Assembly: GCF_009914755.1 (NCBI RefSeq)
Contig: NC_060937.1
Strand: one strand, 5' to 3'
Length of the DNA: 64,000 nt
Source: the human T2T-CHM13v2.0 reference genome, Homo sapiens
Shown one piece after another: positions 17,117-33,157 of this stretch. Numbering within the stretch: the stretch's first letter is position 1; every line of letters starts with the position of its first letter. The position numbers and the translations under genes are program-made. The notes beneath the pieces were generated by a model. It ran no database searches and had not been told where the DNA came from. It was given only the letters and a program-made list of their open reading frames with translations.

Positions 17117-17994
17117 CCCTAACCCTAACCATATAATGGAATATTGCCCAGCTATGAAATGGAATAAAGTATTGACACGGGCTACAACATGGATGAACTT
17201 TGAAAACATGCTAAGTGAAAGAAGGCAGTCACAAAAGACCACATATTAGACGATTCCACGTATATGAAACAAATCTATAGAAACAGAAAGTAGATCAGTG
17301 GTTGCTTAAGGCAAGGGTATGGAGGGGTAGCAAGATGATAAAGGGTCCAGGGCTCCCTAAGGAAGTGATGAAAATCTTCTCAACTGACTGTTGAGGACTG
17401 TGGGCGTCTCCCCATTGAACTGCACACGATAAATGAGTGACTTGTATGGTATGTGAACTGTATCTCAAGGAAGAATCTCACTGCTTTTGGGGGCTTCTAA
17501 GACCCACAGCCCATTCACCAAACCTACTGCAAATGGCAAGGGACCAGGGTCACTGGATTCTGGCCTTCTCTGGTCAGCTGGATGTGTATGGATGCTCCTG
17601 TATGGGATCAGGGAGGAGTTCTTGCCTTAAAGGGACAGGCATTGAAATGCCAACAAAAAGGGACCCCTCCCAGACCCAGTGCAATTCCTGAGGGGATAAA
17701 AGAAAGAAGCTGTGGCCCTGGCACAGGCTGCCAAGCATCACCACCGCATGGCAGCAGTGTCCCCGCATCCACCTGGTGTGGGCAAGGCACAAGCTCAGCC
17801 TGAGCCCCATCTGCTCCCCTGCCGCTGCAAGGGCAGCACCATGCAGGGCACACAGAAAGTCCTCAGGGCTCGCAAACCAGAAAGTATCTAGACAGGTCTC
17901 AAACAATCTAGGGGTTTATTTGCCACCATTGAGGACGCTACTGGGATACGGCATGGACAGCGAGGGGAGGGGTCCCGTTCTTGTGAAGCTTGAT

Positions 17995-18390
17995 ATTACA
18001 TTGTAATATAGAATGAAGTAATTATACAACTCAACATCATGTAGAATCAGTGGGAGCCCTGAGTTTGTTTTCCTGCAACTAGATGGTCCCATCTAGGGAT
18101 CGTGTGGAGACAGTGACAGATCATCAGGCATTAGATTTTCATAAGGAACACGCAGCTTAGATCTCTCGAACGTGCAGTTCACAATAGGGTTCACACTCCT
18201 ATGACAATCTAATGGCACTGCTGATCTGACAGGAGGTGGAGCTCAGGCAGTAATGCCAGCAATGGGGAGTGGCTGTGAATACAGATGAAGCTTCGCTCCC
18301 TCGCCTGCTGCTCACCTCCTGCTGTTTGGCCTGGTTCCTAACAGGCCACAGACTGGTATGGGTCCATGGCCCGGGGGTTGGGGACCTCTG
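17995..18390 (+). mobile_element. MER1A-like hAT-Charlie DNA transposon (partial)
   Basis: 'gaatcagtgggagccctgag...caactagatggtcccatct...tcatcaggcattagatt...ggggttggggacctctg'. Similar to the copy at 59976-60534. Confidence 0.85.
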
Positions 18391-18744
18391 CCTTATAGGG
18401 AAAACTGATTAGATCATTGTTCTTTGCTTGTAAATGTTCTCATGTAGCCAACTAGACTTTGTCACCACCACCATTTTTTTCCCTAGAGAGTCTATGTGGT
18501 GGCTTTTAATCCCATTTTGGCTCTACAACTCAGGTCCAAAATATGTCCCATGCTCTTCCTCTAAGAGAAGACATTGGCCAGAAAGCAAGGAGAAGCTGTA
18601 TCCAGAAAGTAAAGAATCTGTAATCAATGCATCTCCTTGGGTCACTCGGCAGTTTCAACATTCCATGGAGCTGGTAAGATCTGTGAGCCAGGCTCTTGGT
18701 GGGACCTCAGCTCACTCTGCCGTCTCTCCCAGCTTTAGACCTGG

Positions 18745-18915
18745 GCTTCACGACTTCTAGCTGTGTGACCTTGGACAAATTGTCAGGTTCTCTGCTCCTT
18801 GGTTTCCCCATGTATAAAATAGGAACTCCTGTGCCTTTCTTGTAGGCTTGTCATGAGAATGAAATGAGTTAATACATGCAAATGCTTAGTGCTCAGCACT
18901 CAATAAAAGTCAGCC
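18745..18915 (+). mobile_element. MIR SINE
   Basis: Core 'tagctgtgtgaccttggacaa...gtttccccatgtataaaataggaa...gaatgaaatgagttaata'. Confidence 0.75.
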
Positions 18916-20169
18916 AATATCGTTGTTGCTATTAGCTTCTTCATATTTCAAATACGGATTTCTTTAACTTTTTCGTGCCACGACCTGCTTTGGAAGAATG
19001 GTGACGTCATAGACTCCTGAAAGCAGTGTGCTTAAATGAATAGAATAAAATCCACACAATTTGACAGGCAGCCAATTATATTGAAGCACGTTATCAAAAT
19101 AATTCTTTAACCATGACAAAATAATTCATGTGCTTATTTATTACCATATTAAATAACAGAACCCTGCAGCAGGCCCTATAGCCACCAAAATTCACCTAAG
19201 TGATAAGTATGAATAATGTTCCAAAAATAAGCACCAACTGTAATATCTGAAGTTTCTCTTGGTGATAAAGTCATAGGTTACCGTGTTTGTTGCCTCCAAT
19301 TATAATGGAAGAAAATGCTGAATTACAGCTAAAAACTGGTGAAAATATGACGCAATTGCTTTCCTATCCAGGTTCATGGATGCCTGAATTCTATCCATGG
19401 TTTTCTGGACTATGTGCCAAATCTCCCAGCCCATGTCTCTAGGATTTGGCTCTGGCTGGGACGACTTTGGGAACCTTGCTATGTGTCCAGTTTTCTATAC
19501 AGAAGCCTGGACAAGAACCCCTTCCTTTGGGCTGCCAGAAACCACAAGATGCGAGTTCTCCCTGCCGCCTCCAATATGAATAAGCAGGTCCACAACCAAA
19601 GACAGCCTCATCCCTCAGAGAATTAAATAGGACCCCTTTGGTTTTTGGATATAGAAGGTGATTTTTAAAGCCTGGAGGAGAATTTGGCTAAATGAAAATT
19701 TAGGGAGGAAGGAAGACAAATGAAGCCAGCTACCGATTACTCATGAAAAGAAAAGAGAAGAAAGCAAGCAAGGATAATCCACAAAGAATGGATAATAGAG
19801 AAACATTCCCTTTCTGCTGCCGTGAGGACCACAGTGAAACAGGAGCTCGCTTGCCACTGCCATCTGGGCACCATCCCGCTGTCCGCATCCAACACAGCTA
19901 ATTTGCTCCAGTGAAACTTCAAGTAGCCAAAGTCATCATTTAAGCACAGTAAAAGAAAGAGAAGACTTAATTGGATGACATCAATTTGCACAATAACACG
20001 AGTAGGTGGTCTCATAGAAGACCAGATAATAAAGTGAACAGGTCTGCCTGGAATAATAACAAAGGTGTCAGTTAAAACGATGTCTCAAGTACAACACCTT
20101 TCTCCTCCGTGTCTCAGGGGCCCTTCCTGGTATGTGAAAAGAAATCTAGAGTGTTCGTGTAGGCCTAGC

Positions 20170-20550
20170 TCTTACTCAGCTTTCAGCCTTCACCTAAATG
20201 TCACATGGAGAGGAAGGTCCTGATGGTCTAGAGGAAGGAAGGTCTAGAGGAAGGTCCTGATGCCCACCAGTGTGGCGCTCATTCTGTGCTCGTTCTGGCT
20301 CCACCGTTGTGTCTTCCTTTACCACGGGCACCACAGTTGTCATCCAAGCAGCCAAAGTCATCATTTAAGCACGGTAAAAGAAAGCACAGTCACTTACTTG
20401 TGTGTTGACCTGTCTACTGTCTGTCTTCCCACTGAATCTCAAGCCTTATGATTCCAGGGACTTTGTCTCTTTTGTTTATCATTGTAGACTCAATGCCCAG
20501 GCCAATGCTCGGCACATAGTAGGTACTCAGTAAATATTTGTTGAATGACT
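20170..20550 (+). mobile_element. L2 3' end remnant
   Basis: Ends with 'ggcacatagtaggtactcagtaaatatttgttgaatga'. Confidence 0.7.
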
Positions 20551-21511
20551 GAACAATCAAATGAGGTCACCAGTGACTTCCCAGTTGCTCAATTTATTGA
20601 ATTGTTTCCTTTTAAAGTTTAAAAAATAATGTTTTTATTGTTCCTGATTATAACATAATACATATTTATGGATACCAAGAAGAAATTTAACTATCATTTC
20701 ATCACCCAGAGAGAATACTTTTTGTATATTTTCTGCATTTTGTATATTTTTGTATATTTTCTGCATTTCCAAATATATAATAGAGTTATATTTTTGTGCA
20801 CATATATGTATTAAGTATAATTAAAATTGTACCTTATATGTGATCTTATATCCTGGCTTAAGACTTTTTACATCTCATTGAAACTTTTGAACACCACTTC
20901 AATGGGTTCATCACTTTCTTAATCAGTTCCATATTATTAAAAATTAATTCAGAATTTTCACTATTATCAGTGATGCTGAAAGGGACACTTTTATGCATTA
21001 ATTTCATGTGGACTCTTCCATCCTACTCTTTTTATGTTGAGTGACTTTGCTGATTTTGACCCACTGTATTTGACCCTCATAAAATGTCAGTTTAGTTTGA
21101 TCCGATCTAACCCTTGACCTTTCTGCAGCTTTTAACATTAGCATCCTTGCCCCTCCTGGTTGTAATTCACTCCTGACTTTCTGCACTTCCTACCTCCCTC
21201 ACTGTTTTCTTCTGCCCTATTTTCTTCTGCTCCCGTGGCTCAGCCTTTGGCTGCCTCCCTGCCTGTCTGTCCTCCATGGGCAACGTTGCCCAGCACCACT
21301 TCGATGCTGCAGATTTGATTGCAGATCCAGGTCTTCAGCCCTGTTGTCACTCCTGAGCACCAGCCTACCAGATGGTTCCACCCAAATGTTCCACCCCAGC
21401 TCAAGCCCAGCTCCAGCCCCACCTTGGATGGCTTCAGCCTCCACCAGGCTGCCAACAGTGCCTCCCTCTCAGGTCACTCCCAGGGTTAAATGAGAGAAGC
21501 ACATTTCATTG

Positions 21512-21513
<2 letters not shown>

Positions 21514-21551
<38 letters not shown>
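21514..21551. repeat. (CA)n microsatellite, about 19 units
   Basis: Read directly. Confidence 0.97.
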
Positions 21552-21553
<2 letters not shown>

Positions 21554-22140
21554 TAATGGCTCTGAGATGGAGATGCATCTTGCAGCACATGGTGTGCTAT
21601 GGTTTTCCAAAACAACAGATGCAATCTGTCACCAATGAAATGAAATATGCACAGGACAGTGCCTGGCACAGAGGAAGTGCCCAACAAGTCTCCAGAGGGT
21701 GATGGTGAACTTCCAGGAGGAGGCCACCAACCATCCACCATTATTCCCTGCTTCCACAAATCTCCCTAGTTCACCAAACTCTCAGCCCTAACCCTGGTGG
21801 GTTCTTTACTTCGTGCTCCTCTGTGCTCCACAGCCAGGGTCAAACCCCTACTCTAGGCGCTTCCGCAGCCCCCCATGGCTCCCTCTCCATCCAATGCAGC
21901 CTCCTGAACAGGTTTCACCGGTCCCATCTCACCACTGCAGTGGGCTGGCATCGATGCCCCTCCCTCCCACTTCATGCTCCCCAGTCCAGCCCCAGCCTGT
22001 CCACAGGGGTCTTTCTCAAGTGCCTGCGGAGTCTGGTTTGAAGCCATTCAGTGGCTCCACACTATCTTCCACATGTGCCAGACTCTGTGCACTGCTAGAC
22101 CCTCCAAAATCCAACCCCTGCCAACCTCCCTCACCTCTCT

Positions 22141-22238
22141 CCCATGGGCGCCTGGGTGCTTGCCCTCCCCGCCTGGGACCCTGCTCTCCGCCATGGGTGC
22201 CCGGGTGCTCGCCCTCCCTGCCTGGGACCCCACTCTCT
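22141..22238. repeat. Two-copy tandem duplication of about 49 bp
   Basis: ccatgggcgcctgggtgcttgccctccccgcctgggaccc versus ccatgggtgcccgggtgctcgccctccctgcctgggaccc. Confidence 0.85.
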
Positions 22239-22571
22239 CCCACTCATCTTGTCCAGCATCTGCTCTGCTGACCACGCTCAGGAAGCACCGGGAGACTTCC
22301 CCGCTGTGCCCCATTGTGCTCACCCTGAAAACGCCCCTCCCGCCGTGCAAAGCGAGCGCGCCGGGGCTGAGTGTGCCCTTCGCTCCTCTCTGAGCCAGCA
22401 GCTCCCACTCCAGCACCTGGAGAACCGGTTTCTTAAATGTTGGTTCAGTGGGAAGCAGGAGCAACCCTCCACCCCGGGACCCCTTCCTGCTCTGGAGCCT
22501 GTTGGCCCTGTGGAGGGAATGGCAGCCTTAATAAAATCCAAATTTCAAAATGTGTGTGCTCTTTCGTGGAG

Positions 22572-22761
22572 TCTGCACAGGGGGAAGAGAGAACAGGAAC
22601 TTCGCAGAGTGCGGAAGAAAACACGGCCATTCTGGAAGGAATCACACACTCAGAACCATGGTATGGAGCTCAAAGGTGGTGTGAAGACTGGGGCAGGGCT
22701 GAGAAGTCCCGGGTGCTGGTGTGGAATCTCCCTGGAGACAGCAGATACGCCTAGCAAAAAG
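22572..22761 (+). CDS. CFAP97D2: CFAP97D2 probable exon 4, internally frameshifted relative to the family
   Basis: Weak gAG| acceptor at 22570-71 in the required phase (AG+T = Ser); donor AAG|gtaccc. Begins SLHRGKREQELRRV. The family-like continuation EENTAILEGITHSEPWY...EDW is in the -1 frame. Confidence 0.7.
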
Positions 22762-23091
22762 GTACCCGCACCTTCTTTTTCATCTAAAATCCATAGCTAT
22801 TTGAAATTTCCCGTTTTACTTCATCAGATTCATCAGAATTATGTACTCACTCATTCTTTGCCGTATTAGAGCATTTTGTTCAATTGTCAGCAAGGATATG
22901 TCAAATGGTCACATCCTGTAACAGGAGATGCAAAACAGTCACTCAGCTGATGACCTCACCCACCACGCATTTGTTCACGAAGTTGAGGAAATTAAAATAA
23001 GCTCAGCTGATTGATTGTAGATTGTGAGAGAAAGATTTGGTGAAAATAACTTAGCCAGATAGTATGCATACAACATCATTAACATCAGGTT

Positions 23092-23639
<548 letters not shown>

Positions 23640-23907
23640 TTAAGTTCTAAACTCTCTTCATTTTATTCAAATTGACAAAATTGTAATTGTAAAGGAAGAA
23701 CCATGAGATTTAAATTTTGTCATTAATATACTGCTTATAAATATCCCCAATAAATCAAATTAATTAAAGAGTTTTAAAGATCTTCCATCACTCGCTTTAC
23801 CTGTATATATAACCGTTATATTGTGGACCATTATAATGTGGAAGATTGCTTTCCTTAAAATCCAGCCCATCATAAGGAAAAATATGTAGACACCAAAGAT
23901 TAAATAA

Positions 23908-24780
23908 ATGCTCCAGGACCATGGACCCCACCCCTGCACAAACTCCAGAACCACAGACCCCACCCCTGGACAAGCTCAAGGACCACAGACCCCACCCCTG
24001 TGGAAGCTCCAAGACCATGAACCCCACCCCTGCACAAGCTCTAGGATCACGAATCCCACCCCTATGGAAACTCCAGGACCACAGAACCCATCCCTGTGGA
24101 AGCTCCAGGACCACAGACCCCACCCCTGTGGAAGCTCCAGGACCACAGACCCCACCCCTGGACAAGCTCCAGGCCAATGAACCCCACCCCTGTGGAAGCT
24201 CCAGCACCATGAACCCCACCCCTATGGAAACTCCAGGACCACAGAACCCATCCCTGTGGAAGCTCCAGGACCACGGATCCTACCCCTGGACAAGCTCTAG
24301 GACCACAGACCCCCACCCCTGTGGAAGCTCCAGGACCATGAACCCCACCCCTGCACAAGCTCCAGGACCATGAACCCTACCCCTATGGAAGCTCCAGGAC
24401 CACAGACCCCATCCCTGTGGAAGCTCCAGGACCACAGACCCCACCCCTGGACAAGCTCCAGGACCACAGACCCCACCCCTGTGGAAGCTCCAGGACCACG
24501 AACCCCACCCCTGGACAAGCTCCAGGACCACAAACCCCACCCCTATGGAAGCTCCAGGACCACAAACCCCACCCCTGGACAAGCTCCAGGACCACAGACC
24601 CCCACCCCTATGGAAGCTCCAGGACCACAGACCCCATCCCTGTGGAAGCTCCAGGACCACAGACCCCACCCGTGTACAAGCTCCTAACCCTAACCCTAAC
24701 CCTAACCCTGAACGAGCTTCAGAACCACAGACCCCAACCCCGGACAAGTTCTAGGATCACAGGCTCTACCCCTGCGCACC
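23908..24780. repeat. Minisatellite, about 32-bp unit, about 27 copies
   Basis: Unit ctccaggaccacagaccccacccctgtggaag, with ...ggacaag and ...tatggaag variants. Confidence 0.95.
24683..24709. repeat. Short interstitial telomeric repeat, (CCCTAA) about 4.5 units
   Basis: cctaaccctaaccctaaccctaaccct, read directly. Confidence 0.9.
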
Positions 24781-25211
24781 TACTTGAAGTAGCACCTCAT
24801 TGCCTTGCCCCCTGCAGTTTCCACAGGTATTTGTGCTGATGTCAGCTTTGCAGTGCTTCCTTCCATGCTTGGTACAACATCGTAAGCCCAGCTCTGCTGC
24901 TTGCTGGACATCTCTTATAGAATCCCGAAGAGTGAAGAGAACAAGTACCTGTGCAAAGACGCATGACTGTTAAGCAGCTACTAACTCTGAAGGCATTCAG
25001 AAAATCTAGTCTGCTTTGCAATTTACATTGAAATTTTAAACATTTCAAGTCCAATCAATTTTCTCAAATCTTTTAACTACAAAGCTAATATTTGCTTTCT
25101 GTAAACCATAAAATGTCAAACAGTATAGAGGGTGTAAGGAACATGGGAGTCTTCTCTTGGATGGCAGCCCCTGGAAGTAATCACTGTTAGCAACTTGCAT
25201 GTGAACTTTGA

Positions 25212-25424
<213 letters not shown>

Positions 25425-26931
25425 TAAACAAAAATGGAGTCCTACTCTACGTAGTTTTCTGTAAATTGCTCATTTCACTCAATAATGTATCATACAAATA
25501 GTTTCATTCCATACATGAAAGTCTTCTTCATTCCTTTTTTAGCAATTACAAAATATTTTATACAGATTTGCCTTAATTTATTTAATCAGTCCCCTAATTA
25601 TTGAAATTTAGGTTGTTTTCAGTTTTTCGATATTCCAAGTGAAACTATGATGATCATCTTAACCCATATGTATCTTTACACAAAATTATGCTGTAACTTA
25701 TATTCCTAGAAGGAAAATGGTTAAATCAAAGGTAAGCACATTTAGATTTTCAATGGATACCACCTAATTGCCCCCCACAAACAGTCTAGCAATTTTCACC
25801 TCTGCTTAAAGTGGTCCCAAAGTGTCTGTCTCCTCATAATTTTGCCAACCCTGGGTAGTAAATATATTTTTAAACTTTGGACCATCTGATTTCTTCTTGT
25901 ATGAATTGTCTGTTCATAGCCTTTGACCAAATTCTTATCATATGTTACTTTTCGTTATTAATCTATAGTAAGTATATGTTATCAATATTTACCTTTTTTC
26001 TATTATCAATGTCATAAGTATCTCTTCCACATTATTACTTATCAATTCACCTAAGTTTATTTTAAGGTAGTCAAATCCATCAATAATTTCCCTTATGGCA
26101 TCTGGTCTGTGTGCCATACACAGAAAGGGCTCTCTCAAGCTAAGATTATGCAAGTATTCTCCTGTATTCTCTTCTAATACTATAAGTTTTCTTGATTACC
26201 TTTCAGTTTTTAGTAAATATGGAACTTAATAACTATGGAATTTTTGTGTATTGTGCAAGTTAGAGATCAATGTTTATTTTTTCAGTTTATTACAAGTTAT
26301 TAAAAATCAGTTTACAATGTCAAAAACTCTATTCTTCACACTTCATAGAAATTGTTCTCCAGAGATTTGTAGCAGTGCTTTCCCATGTCCTCACCAACAT
26401 GAAGGGTTACCCGTGGGGGCACTCTTTGCTCATTTCACTGCCAAAAGCAGTGTCTGCTTTGATGCTGTCCCTCTTTGACTACAGGTGAGACGCTTTCTCC
26501 CTCACTATTCTCTCTCACAATGACAGATCACTGTGGTGATGTGTCACAATTCCATCTGTGGGCTGGGCTCAGGTAGGAGAGTCAAATTGCTCAGGTGCTT
26601 GGCAGAGGCTTATGTCAAAGTCAAACCTGCAGGAAGTTTTGGGGATGAGATTTAACAATCCCGCACATGTCTTGTTTCTAGGTATGAGAGTCAGCACCTC
26701 CTATATGTTGGGTCTAAGTACACAAGTCACAATCTCACTAGTGGACTGAATTCGTGCATGAGAGCCTCCCAGAGCCTCCCACCTCTTCTGCTGGCTTTGC
26801 CCTTGTGAAATCACAGCCCCACAGGTGTGCTTCTCCCAGCCTGTCTGTGTCTGCGACACTCCTTCTCCAGGGATCTCAGTGCTTTTATCCACATTGTCAC
26901 CTCCACTGCCCTCCTCCCGGCTTGTTTTCAG

Positions 26932-29852
<2,921 letters not shown>

Positions 29853-31626
29853 AATATCTTTGGGTCATTTTATTTTATATTGTCTCATAAACAGAATAGC
29901 ATAATTTTGCATTTTAACCTAGTCCCAGAGGCTTTCCCCGCTCAGTTTTATCCATTTATATGTATTGACATAAGTATATTGTATTTGTTCTCATTTCTGG
30001 CTCTTTTGTTTTCATTTCCTTACTTTTCCTCCTCTTATATTAATACTATTGAGTTTTTCCTCAGCAAATGTCAAGACAGTGCTTGCAACCAATGTTTCAA
30101 ATTTATACTTCATTTACTTTCTTTGGCTCTCTTATTCTTCCTGCTTTATGTAACAGGAAACAGATAAAGCCCACCACAAAAGCAATGTTAAGATAAAGTC
30201 AAACAAAAAAAGGGAAAACAGAAGCACTAGAAAGAGTTTCCTGCAGCCACAGACCAGTCACTGCACTTTATTGAAGTCCCCAGCTTTGGCAATATGGTTC
30301 AAGTGTAGGCTCCAAGACAGAGCTGGGGAGGGGCAGGCTCTTGCAGGACACTGGCTCCGAGGCATGCCTCCCCCACTGCCCTGTACCTGGACAAAAACGG
30401 GAAACATGGGAAACGACTCATTGTCTCTGAACCTCAAGCTGGAATTATGGTCTGTGTGTCCCAAGAAGATGGCTTTCTCAGCAGCATCTTTAAGCTCCTA
30501 GGGCCTTTGGCTCCTGTGTGTGAGGGAGGAAGGAGGCGATGGGCCCAGGGCCATAGGGTACCTCAGTCTTCAGTCCCCTTCTCTGCCATGGGGTCTGCAG
30601 TTTTGAACTACTGGAACGTGAATGCGTCTCTCGGTGGTGCTTCCCCACCTTGGAAACAGACCAGCCACGTACCAAGCTGGCGACGAGGGAGCACGGCACA
30701 CACGTCTTCTCATTTTAGAAAGAAAAACAAAGTTAATTTATTTGAAAACTGTAGGTTTAGGAAAGAAAAATGCTAAGTGTTATGAGACCAGAAACCTGAA
30801 ACACAGCCTTCAGAAGACCCTCCTGGGCCCAGCGGCCACCTTGACCTGCTGTTGGACCACCTCCCTATGGTTCGGCCAGCTGCCAGACCTTTGGGATCCG
30901 GGATCTTTGCTCTGGGATCTTCGCTGGCCTCGCATGGATGGGACACATCACTTTACCTTTATAGTCCCAGAAATTCATGACACTGGCAGAGAACCCCTTC
31001 CCTGCTCTCCAGAGCCCAGGCCCCTCTCCTCTGCCCCAAAGCTTCACCTGACGGAGGCTGTACTGCTAGTCTCCTGGATATCTCAATCTGGTTTAAATAT
31101 TAACTCGCAAAATTTCTCAAACATTTTAAAGGAAGGATTTCAATTTTCCATCCTCCTTACCCCTTCAAGTCATTTATCCCTAACTCCAAAATGAGAAGAT
31201 AATAATTTTGTACCTGTTTCTACTGAAGGATTTATATAAGATTATCCAACAAAACCCACTGGCCATCCTGGCACTTCCTGGAGCCCCCAGCTAACTGGAA
31301 GTATGCATTGCTCTAATTTAGTGCCCCAACCCCAATAACTCCTGCACATGAGAAAGAAGCAAAAATTAAACAAACACAAATGATCTCCAGGAGCAAAATT
31401 AGCTGTTTAAATAATCGGCTGACTCAGTGCAGGTTGACACAGGACACACAATGGATGTGAGTTGGCTTTGAGCTCCTTGGCCTCCAACCATCATCTCGGA
31501 CAAAAGCTCAGCCTCGGGGAGCCCCATTCTCGCTTCTAAAGATGGGACAGGAACCACCTCCTGGACCTCACGTCAGGGTTAAGTGAATAACATTTGCAAA
31601 AATGACTGTGAAAGTGACTCACACTT

Positions 31627-32022
<396 letters not shown>

Positions 32023-32079
32023 TCAGTTTACTGATTCCGGGAAAAGTACTTTGCTGCATTTCAGAAAGATGTTTAACAA

Positions 32080-33030
32080 CAAAACTGACAAAAGGTTATC
32101 TGATTATTTGAATAGAGATTTCTCCCAACAGGATATACAAATGGCCAATAAGTGCATGAGAAGATGTTCAATGTTATTAGTAAATGCAAATGAAGACCAC
32201 AGTGAGATGTCACTTGCAGCCACTAACTTGTCTGCAATCAAAAGGTAGATTACAATAAGGATGTGGAGAAACTGGAACCCTCATAGGCTGCTGGTAGGGG
32301 TAAACAGTGGTATGTATACATATGTAACAAACCTGCACATTGTGCACATGTACCCTAGAACTTAAAGTGTAATAAAAAAAAAAGGAAATGAAATAAAAGG
32401 TACACAAACTTAAAATGAAAAGAAAAAAAAAGAGTGGTGCAGCCACTTTGGAAAACAGTTTGGTAGTTCATCAAAAAGTTAAACAGTTACCAAATCACCC
32501 AGCAACTCCACTCCTAGGTCTATATTCGAGAGACTTGAAAACATACATTCATGCAAAAACCCATACACTGATGTTCATAGCAGCACAGTTCACAATGACC
32601 AAGAGGTGTAAACAACCCAAATGTCTATCAACTGATGAACAGATAAAACGTGGTATAGCCATAGAATGGAATATTATTCTACCATAAAAAGGAATGATAC
32701 TAGTTACAGAATGGATAAACCTTAAAGACATTATTATGTTCCGTGAAAAAGCTGGATACTAAATGCCGCATGTTGTCTGATCCCTTTTATATGAAATGTC
32801 CAGAATAGGCACATTCAAAGAGACAAAAAGTAATCAGTGGTTGTCGGGGCTGGGGGAAGGGAAATTGGGGAGTGATCCCAAAGGAGTTTGATTTTTGGAG
32901 GGGGAGGTGATGAAGATGTTCTGAAATTATATTGTGACAATAGTTGCACAACTCTGAATATACCAAAACACACTAAAATATACACTATAAAGGGGTATAG
33001 AATTGTATCTAAATAAAGCTGTTATTTTAA
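32080..33030 (+). mobile_element. L1MB-like 3' end containing a very short L1PA 3' insertion (32312-32428)
   Basis: Host L1 'caaatggccaataagtg...tatctaaataaagctgtt'. Insert 'tatgtaacaaacctgcacattgtgcacatgtaccctagaacttaaagt' plus A tail. Confidence 0.85.
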
Positions 33031-33157
33031 AAATTGTATGTTTAATTCTAAGTAAAGACTTGTCAATGAGTTGAAATATTCCATTTCCCAAGTAAGTTGA
33101 TAGTTTCTTGTTCTTGCCTAAGAAAGCGTTAGTTTCAAATATGTATTTTAAATCCAG

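Larger units (their letters stand above)
13743..17475 (+). mobile_element. L1MB-like ORF2/3' UTR interrupted by two LTRs and by the inverted duplicate
   Basis: ORF2-like DNA (cagatgatatgatcttgcatatagaaaatc). The 3' UTR-like sequence resumes at 17131 (acaacatggatgaactttgaaaacatgctaagtgaaagaa). Confidence 0.8.

Noticed and set aside
19002-19009. Perfect CRE palindrome TGACGTCA
   Set aside because: An isolated 8-mer inside a probable DNA-transposon remnant. One such hit in 64 kb is not surprising.
22605-22625. Programmed -1 ribosomal frameshift rescuing CFAP97D2 exon 4
   Set aside because: No canonical X XXY YYZ slippery heptamer in the correct frame, and no obvious downstream structure. A genomic deletion is simpler.
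23797-24839. Cluster of overlapping ORFs and a CRISPR-like look
   Set aside because: Tandem units of about 32 bp without unique spacers, in a eukaryotic context with no cas genes.
26500-26760. Non-repetitive-looking stretch that might be a pseudogene fragment
   Set aside because: The frames I translated contain stops and I could not recognise a parent protein. A tBLASTx search would be needed.
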